Shown here: positions 9,914 to 20,173 of the stretch, piece by piece
Position numbering within the stretch: position 1 is the first letter of the stretch
Layout of the letters: each line of letters starts with the position of its first letter
Translations under genes and position numbers: made by a program
From: an uncultured Chloroflexia bacterium
Lineage (GTDB): Bacteria > Chloroflexota > UBA6077 > JACCZL01
NCBI GenBank assembly: GCA_963765765.1
Contig: CAVXYC010000020.1
Coordinates: 640,001 to 704,000, forward strand
Length of the DNA: 64,000 nucleotides
Direction: 5' to 3'
The notes under the pieces: model-generated
Database searches by the model: none
The model's input: the letters and a program-made list of their open reading frames with translations, nothing else
Told to the model about the DNA's origin: nothing

Positions 9914-12040
9914 GTGAGACGCTTCCTGATCCAGCTGACCACGAATACGTTGGTGGTCGCGCTGCTCTTCCCGTTCCTGCCGGGCATTCACCCGCTCTAC
10001 CCCACCATCGGAACCTACCTTGGTGTCGGATTTGCCCTGAGCCTGGTCAGCGCCATCCTGCGACCGGCGCTAATGCTCCTGACCGGTCAGCTCCTGATCT
10101 GGAACGCCGCCATATTCATCATTCTGTGGCACGTGATGGCGTTCCTCCTGGCCGGCTTCTTGGGGCCGTCAGAGTGGCAATACGACAGTATCTTCTGGCT
10201 CCTCTTCGACGCCGTGTTTGTCGGCATCGTAGTGACCGTGGTCGATGCCGTGCTGGGGTTCGATCGTCCGAACCTCGACCCCAATCGCCGACGGGAGGCT
10301 ACCTGGCAGCTGATCGAGCGGCTGCCGGTCGCTCAGCGCAGCCAACTGGTCGAGAACCTCCGCATCGAGCAGCTTTATCAGACGGCATGGAGCTACGGCC
10401 TGGAGCTGGGTCTGGGGCGCGGGCGGATCCAGCATCTGCGACAGAAAGCGAGTCAGTGGATCACCGGCCAGCGGAACGAGCTGGACACGCTGACGGCGCC
10501 CGAGAAGGTCCGCCTGATGCTCGAACAGCTCGGACCAATGTACGTCAAGCTCGGGCAGATCGTCTCCAGCCAGGGAACCGCGCTACCGGAGCAGTGGCGT
10601 CACGAGCTCGACAAGCTGCAGAGTACAGTACCGCCGTTCCCCTATTACGAGGCCTCTGAGATCATCGTTACCGAGCTCGGTGCACCGCCGAAGGTGCTCT
10701 ACGCCGAGTTCGATGAAGAGCCGCTCGCGGCCGCGTCCACGGCCCAGGTCCACCGCGCCAGGCTGCACACCGGCGCACTGGTCATCGTCAAGGTTCAGCG
10801 CCCGAACATCGTCGTCCAGGTCGGGACAGACCTGCGAATCATGCAGCGCGTGGCCCGCCGGCTCGAGCGGAGTAGCGTCTGGGCGCGCCAGATCAGTCTC
10901 ACCAGCGTCGTGGACGAGTTCGCCGACGGCGTGATGCGGGAGCTGGACTACCGTAACGAGGCGTATCACATGCTCCGGATGGCGGACGTGCTGTCGTCGG
11001 AATCCGGGGTAGGCGTACCGGTCCTGTATCGAGACTTGAGCACGGCGCGTGTACTCACGATGGAGCTAGCGCGGGGGGTTAAGTTCACCAAGGTGTCTGA
11101 GGTAGGGTCCGGTGGGCTTGACCGCATTGGCCTCGTGCACACATTTATGCGCGCTATGATGAAGCAGCTCCTGATCGAGGGCTTCTTTCACGGCGATCCG
11201 CACCCTGGCAACCTTTTCGTTGACCCGGAGGACGGCCGGATCACGTTCCTGGATCTCGGGTTAGTCGGGGACCTCCGCCCGGATCAGCGGATCAACCTGA
11301 TCGACATGGTGTTCGCGCTCCAGCAGCAGGATGCCGACGGACTGGCCCAGGCGATTCCGCGCCTCTGTACTCAGACTCGCCCGCTGGACCATGCCGCGTT
11401 CGGCGCCATGGTGAACCGTGTGCTCAATCAGGAATGGAAATACGGCGTCTCCAGTTCGTTCGGCGTGCTCATGGACAAGCTCGTTGCTGGCTTAGCACAC
11501 TTCGGCCTACGGATGGACGCCCAGCTCACGCTGGCGGTGAAATCCCTGGCGCAATCCGAAGAAGCCGCGCTAGCCCTGGCCCCGGGCGCACCCTTGCTCG
11601 ACATTGTTGCTGACGAGACCAAGCTGCTACTGCTCGAGCACTGGACGCCCGAGCGGATCGTCGAGAGCCTCAAGGCCCAGGGTATGCGTGCTGGCATGGA
11701 GGTCGTGCGGCGAGTCCCCAACTTTCAGGAAGCGACCGTCAAATGGCTGGATCAGTACCAGCGGGGCAGGCTGGTGGTGGAGGTCGACAGCGGTGATCTG
11801 TCCCCACAGTTGGGGGCGCTCGGGACCGCGTTCTCCGACGGCCTGCGACGCCTGACCATCGGGCTGATCCTCGGGGCCATGCTGCTTGGATCAGTAGCGG
11901 GCATCGCCATCCTGCAGCCGCTTCTGGGCGGTCCCTGGGAGCTCATGTACACCGCGATGGTCGTGGTGTTCGTGGCGACGCTGGTGCTCAGCGCGACGAT
12001 CGCGATGATGATGCTGCGCGCGCCGCCCGACCGATCCTGA
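9914..12040 (+). CDS. ABC1/UbiB atypical kinase with N-terminal 4-TMS phage-holin-family (YvlD-like) domain
   Basis: LGPMYVKLGQ, PLAAASTAQVH, IVKVQRP, FFHGDPHPGN, LDLGLVG; the N-terminal ~115 aa (LPGI..., LVSAILRPAL.LLT) resemble the holin superfamily IV pattern. Confidence 0.85.
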   Translation: MRRFLIQLTTNTLVVALLFPFLPGIHPLYPTIGTYLGVGFALSLVSAILRPALMLLTGQLLIWNAAIFIILWHVMAFLLAGFLGPSEWQYDSIFWLLFDAVFVGIVVTVVDAVLGFDRPNLDPNRRREATWQLIERLPVAQRSQLVENLRIEQLYQTAWSYGLELGLGRGRIQHLRQKASQWITGQRNELDTLTAPEKVRLMLEQLGPMYVKLGQIVSSQGTALPEQWRHELDKLQSTVPPFPYYEASEIIVTELGAPPKVLYAEFDEEPLAAASTAQVHRARLHTGALVIVKVQRPNIVVQVGTDLRIMQRVARRLERSSVWARQISLTSVVDEFADGVMRELDYRNEAYHMLRMADVLSSESGVGVPVLYRDLSTARVLTMELARGVKFTKVSEVGSGGLDRIGLVHTFMRAMMKQLLIEGFFHGDPHPGNLFVDPEDGRITFLDLGLVGDLRPDQRINLIDMVFALQQQDADGLAQAIPRLCTQTRPLDHAAFGAMVNRVLNQEWKYGVSSSFGVLMDKLVAGLAHFGLRMDAQLTLAVKSLAQSEEAALALAPGAPLLDIVADETKLLLLEHWTPERIVESLKAQGMRAGMEVVRRVPNFQEATVKWLDQYQRGRLVVEVDSGDLSPQLGALGTAFSDGLRRLTIGLILGAMLLGSVAGIAILQPLLGGPWELMYTAMVVVFVATLVLSATIAMMMLRAPPDRS

Positions 12041-12104
12041 TGAACGCCACCTCGCGATCGCGTATACGGGGTGCGTCTGTCAGCAGGCACAGCACGCGAA
12101 GGTG

Positions 12105-12345
12105 GAATAATCGATGAGCACCATTCATCGCCAGCCGGCGCGTGCTCCAGTGAGGTTGCGAGAGTGTTCACTCTGAGAACATCGTCAACTGCAAGGCCGA
12201 CCAGCGAGCCTGACACTTCCACTAACAGGACAGCGGAGTGTCTCGTATGGCTACTGAAGACTGAAGCGTCCAGCCTGAACAACCTGGTGTCCAGGGCCGT
12301 AACGATCTCGCCTTGAACATTTGGCACACCCGCCGAATTGGCGGG
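12105..12345 (-). pseudogene. CheW-like remnant
   Basis: AGVPNVQGEIVTALDTRL...VLLVEVSGSLVGLAVDDVLRV matches the CheW pattern (G..N.RG.I..V.D; VGL.VD.V); no intact start and no other che genes nearby. Confidence 0.5.
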
Positions 12346-12446
12346 CGTGCGCGAGCGCGGTGATCAGATCTGGCTTTCACCAGAGAAAGATCGCGCTGCT
12401 ATCCGAACAGCCTGGACCATCGACGCGTCAACCGCGGCTGCCGATT

Positions 12447-13717
12447 TCAGAGGTCCGGCAAACGCCCGTCAGCTACCGCGAAATCGACCGGCTCCTCCGA
12501 ACGGGCTTGGGAGCCCTGTCCTCGATAGAGCAGCGTCAATACGGGCGGAACCACGAGGGTGGTCAGAACGCTCATGATCACCACGATTGAGAACATCGCA
12601 TCGGAAATCACTCCAAGTGATTTCCCGACATTGGCGACGATCAACCCAACCTCGCCCCGAGGTGCCATTCCGACACCGATAATGGCGACTGATCGAGCGC
12701 CCATCCCCCAGGCACCAGCTCCGCAGCCCACTAGCTTTCCGAGAATCGCGAGCCCAGTCACAGCCAACGCAATGCCGAGCAACGAGCCGTCAAGGAACAA
12801 CCTCCAGTCCACATGCGTGCCCGTGATGACGAAAAAAAGCGGCACCAGAAACTCGTATAACGGCAGCGTCTGTTTCTCGAGCTCGTACTGCTCCCTCAGC
12901 TCGGCGAAAACCATCCCAGCCAGGAATGCCCCAATGATCGCGGCAAGTCCGATGTTCGCTGCGACAACGGCAAGTCCAAGCATCACCAGCACAGCGACGA
13001 CAAACGGCGCGTTGCGAATTCTGAGTCGCTCGAGATGAATGCTCCACCGCTGCGCGGCGTGGCGCCCGGCTAGCGCGACAAATAATGTAAAGGCGATGGC
13101 CTGGACGGTGATAAGGGCGATTGCTGCCACATTGAGCGCTCCACCCGCTCCCAGTCCTCCCATGATCGCCAGGACGATCATACCTATGATGTCGTCGATC
13201 ACCGCCGCCCCGAGGATGATACGTGCCTCACGCTCTTGCAGTTTTCCCAGGTCAGCCAGTACGCGGGCGGTTATCCCAACGCTTGTCGCCACCATCGCTG
13301 TTCCGAGAAACAACGACTCAATTGCTGGATGGTTCAGCGCAATCATCAACATGGCGCCGAGAACGAAGGGAACTATCACGCCGAGTACAGCAACGACTCC
13401 CGGCACGCACTCCAACGCGGAGGATGTCGGAAAGTCGAGTCTCCAGGCCCACCATGAAATAAGAGGACGACGACCCCGAGCTCAGCAATGACCATGTAAA
13501 TGCTCTCGAGAGCTTCGCCTGCTTCACCGTGAAAAGTGTTGACCATCGACATTGACGGAACACCAACCCATCCAAGGGCATAGGGGCCGATCGCAATGCC
13601 GATCAGAAGCTCGCCTATCACCGCGGGCTGATGCAGGCGCTCGAAGATTTCCCCGGCAACCTTTGCCATCAAGAACATGATGAACAGGTCGGTGAGCATC
13701 GCGGTGGCGATTTCCAT
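12447..13717 (-). CDS. Cation:proton antiporter, CPA2/NapA-like (frameshift near 13450)
   Basis: QPAVIGELLIGIAIGP, ATSVGIT, AAVIDDIIG, GAFLAG, PRGEVGLI; GAGGTG RBS before ATG 13717. Confidence 0.88.
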
Positions 13718-13731
13718 GAATAGCACCTCTC

Positions 13732-13815
13732 AAAACACAAAGGAGACTGTCAGTTGACAGTCTCCTCCTTGCCGATCGGATACGGGGAGCTCGGCATCCC
13801 CGGCGTTGCGCCAGG
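13732..13815 (-). promoter_or_regulatory. Candidate cation-sensing riboswitch (H-type pseudoknot + intrinsic terminator) in the antiporter leader
   Basis: Minus strand: stem CGGGGA/TCCCCG (13802-13783); its loop TGCCGA pairs with downstream TCGGCA (13775-13770). A terminator stem AGGAGACTGTC/GACAGTCTCCT (13766-13741) with TTGTGTTTT tail follows; -10 TAAAAT at 13826-13821. Confidence 0.65.
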
Positions 13816-14039
13816 ACTAGATTTTACATGCCCCGCTTACACCCTTCGCCCTGATTCGTCCCAAGTATGTCGTAGAAATAGCCCGGATTGAGTTACTTCT
13901 GTCTCTTTGTGGCGCGCCGCTCGCCCTCGTCCATACGCTGCTTGTAGGCACGTAGGCGCAGCAGAATAAGAGCGACGGAGTATATTTTCGCAATGCCCAC
14001 GCCGCCGGGCACATAACCGACTGGAGAACAAACGCTAAC

Positions 14040-14719
14040 ATGTGCGGTCGCTACACCTTGGGTGACCCCAGCCCACTCATGCGTCGCTTCGGGCTTGAGG
14101 AGTTCGCCGAGACTTCCATCACGCCGCGGTTTAATGTGGCGCCGACTCAGCAGATCCCGATCATCATCCAACGGCCACAGGGCCGCGAGCTTCGGATGGC
14201 AAAGTGGGGCTTCCAGCCACCGTGGATGAAGGGAGGCAAGCGCCCGCCGCCAATCAACGCCCGGTTGGACACGCTTGCCCTGAGTCCAATGTTTCGCTCA
14301 TCCATCGGGAAATGGCGCTGCATCATTCCCGCGGACGGCTTCTATGAATGGCAAACCATTCCCGGACAGAAGCGGAAGCAGCCGACGTACATCCGGTTGA
14401 AGTCCGGGGGGATCTTTGGGTTCGCCGGACTGTACACGAGTCGCATAGAGGGCGTGGACAACACGGGCACGGCCGTCATCATCAGGACGGGCCCAAACGA
14501 GCTCATCATGCCAATCCACAATCGCATGCCAGCGATCCTGCTTCCGGAGCTCGAGGCAGCCTGGCTGGATTCAGACATGATAAGCATCCCAGACTGCTGG
14601 CGTTGTTGCGGCCCTATCCCGCGGAGAGCATGGTGTCGATCCCAGTCTCCACCGCGGTGAACGGCGCGGCTAGTGAAGGAGTAGAGCTGATTGCGCCCAT
14701 CAGCAAATCCGAGAGCTAG
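14040..14719 (+). CDS. SOS response-associated peptidase (SRAP/YedK/HMCES family; frameshift near 14590)
   Basis: N-terminal MCGRY, RFNVAPTQ, INAR, CIIPADGFYEW, IHNRMP. Confidence 0.9.
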
Positions 14720-15059
14720 CCGCGACTAACTGCTTTTCTTGTGTCTAACGGTCCCTTTAGACGCGCATGCATTGGTGTGTCAACGCGCCTGAGCACCGAA
14801 CGGTGTTCCAATCATCCCCGGCGTGTCAGGCTTGGCAGCTTGCTACGGATGCACGCGATTGGCGGCACATAGCCGTATTGAACAATCCGTTGAGTGTTCG
14901 GAGAGCACTTGTCCCATTAGTCGTAGGTTTAGAGACACTCCATCAGCTCAGGCGATGCCTACGGACCCAGGCATAATGAATAGAGATATTCCCACGTTAC
15001 TACGATCAGTTCCCATGCCGCTCATAATGCTTGCCCGCTAATCGCGTCGCCCGGCCCGA

Positions 15060-15861
15060 GTGAGTAATGTGTCAGTTCTCAAGCGAAACAATGTCACGGT
15101 CTCCGGCGATGGCACGCAACCCATGGTTTTCTCCCACGGCTACGGCTGCGATCAGAATATGTGGTCGGCTGTGGCACCCGCGTTTGCAGGCCAGTACCGC
15201 TTAATACTGTTCGATCATGTCGGTGCAGGGAATCCGACCTCCAGGCCTACGAGCGGGCGAAGTACAGCTCCCTTCAGGGTTACGCCGACGATATCCTTGA
15301 GATCTTCGATGAGCTGAAGCTTGAAGACGCCATATTTGTAGGCCACTCAGTAAGTGCCGTGATTGGGATTCTGGCCGCGATTAAACAGCAGGAGCTATTC
15401 GACAAACTGGTGCTGATCGGCCCATCACCGCGATACATCAATGACAATGGCTACGTAGGTGGGTTCGAACGCAACGATATCGATGAGCTCCTCGAGTTCC
15501 AGGAAAGCGATTACCTCGGCTGGGCTAGCAGCCTCGGCCCCGCGATCATGGGCAACCCTAATCGCCCGGAGCTCGGCGAAACACTGACAAACAGCTTTTG
15601 CCGAACCGACCGGAGATCGCAAAGCAGTTCGCGGCAGTCACCTTCCTATCAGACAATCGGGCTGACTTGCCCAAATTAATGACGCCGTCACTCATATTGC
15701 AGTGCCAGCAAGACATCATTGCGCCTTTAACCGTGGGAGACTACGTTCACAAGAATCTCTCATCCAGCGAGCTCGTCGTCATGGAGGCAACGGGCCACTG
15801 TCCACATCTCAGCGCCCCGGTTGAGACTATTACCGCGATCAAGGCCTTTCTTGACGAGTGA
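15060..15861 (+). CDS. rsbQ: RsbQ-like alpha/beta hydrolase (two frameshifts)
   Basis: LKRNNV, HGYGCDQNMW, GHSVS nucleophile, GPSPRYIND, SFCRTD, GHCPHLSAP across three ORFs. Confidence 0.8.
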
Positions 15862-15883
15862 GGTTATCCCTTAAGAGAGACGC

Positions 15884-17324
15884 ATGAACGAAGACATCTT
15901 GCGAGATAGCCTGCTAGATCTGTACGACCAGGCTCCTTGCGGATACATCTTTACGCTGCCGGACGGCGCAATCGTCCGCGTTAATCAGACGTTTCTGACA
16001 TGGCTCGAACAAACCTATGACGAGCTTGTTTCCGTACGCCGCATCCAGGATTTGCTCACCCTTCCAGGCAAGCTCTTTTATGAGAATCAGTATGACCCAC
16101 TTTTACGGATGCAGGGATTTGTCAATGAGGTAGCTTTTGACCTCGTTGGCAGGAACGGTCGGCGCATTCCGGTGCTCATGAACTCGGTCCTGAAGCGTGA
16201 CAAAGATGGTCAAGCACTTCTCGTCGCCAGCAGCGTGTTCAACGCAACCCAACGACGGTTGTATGAACAAGAGCTCCTTGCGCAACGCCGCCGCGCGGAT
16301 CAGATCGCTGCTATCGTTACGAACTCGAGTGACGCCATCGTGAGCGCGACCGCGGATGGGCGGATCGAGAGCTGCAACGCCGCCGCTGCGAGGATCTTTG
16401 GTTACCCCGCCCAAGAAATCATTGGCCGGGGACTCAACGAGCTTTTCGTGCCGACCCGAGAGACCGAGGAGCCTGATCGTCTGCTCGCCAAACTTGAGGC
16501 TGGAGAATCCGTATACATAGATTCCAGAGTCCGCGGAGCGGACAATTGCTTGGTTGATGTTTCGGCGAGTCTCACGCCACACATGGGACCACTTGGCGAG
16601 CTCGCCTCGATCTCATTGATCGTCCGAGATGAGACCGAACGAAGAGCACTGGAGCGACTTCAACAGGAATTCCTCGCAATGACCAGTCACGAGCTAAAGA
16701 ATCCTGTGACGGTCATCAAGAGTCACGCGCAGCTTATGCAGCGCACGGGCTGCTTATAGCGATGAGTCAGTGGGCAGCATAGTTGCGCAAGCGGATCAGC
16801 TTCGGAAGCTCATTGACGATCTGCTATCTGCTTCTCAGATCGAGGCCGATCGGCTGGATCTTAGATTGATCAGAACGGACCTGGAATCTGAAGTGAGCAT
16901 CGCGGCGAACTTAATGTTGCCGATCAGACCAACCATTGAAGTGCAGACGTCAGGAGAGACACTGATTGTGGACGCGGATCGTGCGCGACTCAGTCAGGTC
17001 CTTGCCAACCTTTTGACGAACGCCGTGAAGTACTCACCTGACGAAAGCCCAATTCTGCTTCGACTTTTCCGTGAAGGGAAAAACGCCCGATTGGACGTCA
17101 TGGATCAAGGTGCCGGCATTCCGCCCGACGCATTACCTCACCTATTCGATCGGTTCTACCGTGCCGAGGGCGCGGCGGGCCGTGCCCAGGGTCTCGGCCT
17201 GGGTCTGTTCATTAGCCACAGACTGGTGCGCGCCCACGGGGGCAACATTCAGGTGAAATCCAAGCTAGGCAAGGGAACGACCTTTACCGTGCTTCTTCCG
17301 CTGGCGCTTGACGACACCGATTAA
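15884..17324 (+). CDS. PAS-PAS sensor histidine kinase (frameshift near 16750)
   Basis: RsbP-type PAS (DLYDQAPCGY, PLLRMQG.VNEVA), second PAS, SHELKNP H-box, NLLTNAVKYS, DQGAGI, GLGLGL. Confidence 0.85.
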
Positions 17325-17334
17325 GTACCTGTCC

Positions 17335-18247
17335 CCATCGGCTTACCCAGGAATCGCCATTGAGCAGAGCCAGTTTCAATCTTCGTCACGCGACTTTGCG
17401 CCGCGACTTCTTCAGGAGCTGAAGGCGGGACTCAATTCGTTGGAAGTGGCCATCATGCCGCCCCAGGAGATGCTTCGCCAGATTCGCCCCACTGGTGGAA
17501 TCTCCCGATTCGACCGCTCATCGTGTGCGCCGATGTGCTCAACGATGGCGCCTGGATTGGTGGCTTCGAGGCTGGGTTCCACGACACCGAAAAATGTTGG
17601 GGCTACGCGTTGACCGTCAGTGTTTCACAGTCAGTGTGGGTAACCGCTGACCAGGTGAAAGATGGCGAGATTACCAGCGTCAAAAACATGACCGATCCCA
17701 AGTGGAAAGGCAAAATCATCGCATCGGATCCGCGTACGCGCGGCTCGGGCTTTTTCGCCGCCACGGTGATGCGCATCAAGACGGGTCCGATGACATCATC
17801 CGCCAGCTCTACAAGGATCAGGAAGTCCTGCTGGCCACCGATCCACGGCTCTCCACGGAGGACATGGTTCGCGGCCGTCACATTGTCTCAATTGGGGCGA
17901 TTGATAAGCATATCCTGGCCGATTTTCGTGAGCGGGACTCACTCAGAACTTGAAGCACGTCCTCATCCCGGACATCGACTATCAATCAAGCAGCTTCAAT
18001 GCACTCTACATCATGAAAGGTGCACAGTATCCGAACGCCGCTCATTTGTTCATCAATTGGGCTCTTAGCAAAGCGGCCGGCGCCCTCTGGGCAGAGAATC
18101 TGGAGGACAACAGTCGCCGATCGAACGTGCCAGTGTTCGATCAAAGCATCGCGCTCAAGCCTGGTGAGAAGTACCTCGTTTCCCAGGATGAGCCCTCCTG
18201 GAAGACGTGGAGAAACTCAGCAGCTCGCCAAGGACATTCTGAACTAG
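17335..18247 (+). pseudogene. ABC transporter substrate-binding protein (Fe3+/thiamine-like class), 5'-truncated and fragmented
   Basis: AYPGIAIE, DPKWKGKI...DPR..GSG, AQYPNAAHLFINWALSK spread over 4-5 frames; no signal peptide or start. Confidence 0.6.
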
Positions 18248-18337
18248 GCGCTGCTGGACCGCGAGCATATCGCGATACCGGAAGTAGGCGCGCGGCGTCG
18301 GTAAATAGTGCTGCTCCGGTGAGACAGGCGGCTCTGA

Positions 18338-20082
18338 CTACCGACGGGTGCCTACCTCGACTCGCTCGTCAACAACATTGACGGGCGGCACAGCTGGCTG
18401 GGCATCCTCTTTCAGAACCTCGGTCAAAAGCTGGGGACGCTCCGCAAAAGTCTTTCGAAGAGGAATCTCCTTTAGAAAGAGCACCACGACAACGCCCAAA
18501 GCCGCGATCCCGGCGCTTGTCAGGAAGAGCTCATGCAACGAAGCGACCAGAGCTAGCCGAATCGCGGTGTGCACAGAATCGAAAAGTGCGGCACCTCCAG
18601 GTCCGAGGGCTTCGAGGCTCGCCCGAACACTTTCAGCCGCCTGCGGATTGAGAAGAACCTGGGGGTTCTGCAACTGCGAGAGCTGATCGGCAGGAATGGC
18701 CCTTGTGACGTCGGGCGGAAGAGCGGATTGCAACGATGGACCGAACCGATTCGTCAGCAGACTGCCGAACACCGCCACCCCCAGCGTGCTGCCAATTGAC
18801 CGCGAGAACTGTGTAAGGGACGTGACGACGCCTATCTGGCGCATCTCAATTGCATTTTGGGCTGCCAGAGTGAACACAGGCATCGCCGGGCCCATGCCCA
18901 ATCCCACGATTACCATCTTTCGGACGACCGTGGCGTAGTCTGTGTTTGCGTCCATCTGGCTGAGCAGGAACATACCAACGGTCATAATGGTCAGGCCGAG
19001 CAGTGCAAGAAATTTATAGCGGCCCGTCCGGCTGATCACCTGGCCAGACGTCATGCTCGCGCCGATCATGGCAATCATCATCGGCGTCAACATCGTTCCA
19101 CTCTGAGTCGCGCTGGAGCCGATGACTCCCTGGATAAACAATGGGATGAATAGGATGGTGCCGAACATCCCCATGGCCATCAGTGAAAGTGCCAGGATGG
19201 AGACTGAAACAATCCGATTGCGGAACAGTGACAGTGGAATGATCGGTTCGGCGGCGTGAAGCTCTATGAATCCGAATACGGCGATCATGATCAGTGCAAC
19301 CGCAAACATGCCCACGATTTGAGGTGAGGCCCAGGGATACTCCGTGCCTCCCCAGGAAAGCGCTAGGAGCAGTGGCACAACGCCGAGAACCAGCGCTACG
19401 CAGCCAGCGAAGTCGATGCGACGATTTCCGGGCGCTCCAGCGACATTGGGGAAGAACAGCCAGAGCACCGTGAGCGCGACGATCCCGATGGGGCGGTTGA
19501 CGTAGAACACCCAACGCCAGCTCAAACTGTCGGTGAGGAATCCACCAAGGAGGGGACCTGCGATGCTTGCCAGGCCAAAGATGGCCCCAAAAACACCCTG
19601 AATTCGCCCACGTTGCGCTGGCGGGAATATTGAGAAATAACCGTAAAAACGGTTGCCATCAGGATGCCGCCACCCAGCCCCTGAAGGCCGCGGAAAGCGA
19701 TCAACTGGGTCATATTCTGAGCAAGTCCGCAAAGCATGGACGTCAGAATAAAAAAGGCCGCACCACCAAGAAGAAACCGCTTCCGTCCGTACAGATCGCC
19801 AAGCTTTCCAACGATCGGAACCACGGTCGTGCTAGTGAGCAAATATGCCGTGGTAACCCAGGCGTAGTGCTCGAAGCCATGGAGATCCGCCACGATGCGC
19901 GGCATGGCCGTGCCCACGATGGTCTGATCGAGCGCAGCGAGTAGGAGTGAGAGAACTAAGCCAACCACCGTGAGAATCAGGTCTCTCCGTGGCAGCTCGT
20001 GGAAGTTCGCCGGCGGCGCCGGCGAATCCCCTCTACCTGCGGGCGAGTCCGTGATGCCGCGTGTTGCGCTAGTCACCAACAA
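18338..20082 (-). CDS. MDR MFS efflux transporter, DHA2/EmrB-QacA family (frameshifted)
   Basis: LAALDQTIVGTAMP, GKLGDLYGRKR, FRGLQGLGGG, GPLLGGFLTDSLSWRWVFY. Confidence 0.9.
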
Positions 20083-20173
20083 TGAACCCTTTCTAGAGCA
20101 CTGAGCAACTCAGGCTATTACGCGGGCACGTTGTTCGCGCGGAGCCTCACAACCACTCGTGAGGAATGAGGGG

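Noticed and set aside
14025-14036. Possible LexA box GAAC-N4-GTTC before SRAP
   Set aside because: Reads GAACAAACGCTA; the right half has two mismatches, too weak to call.
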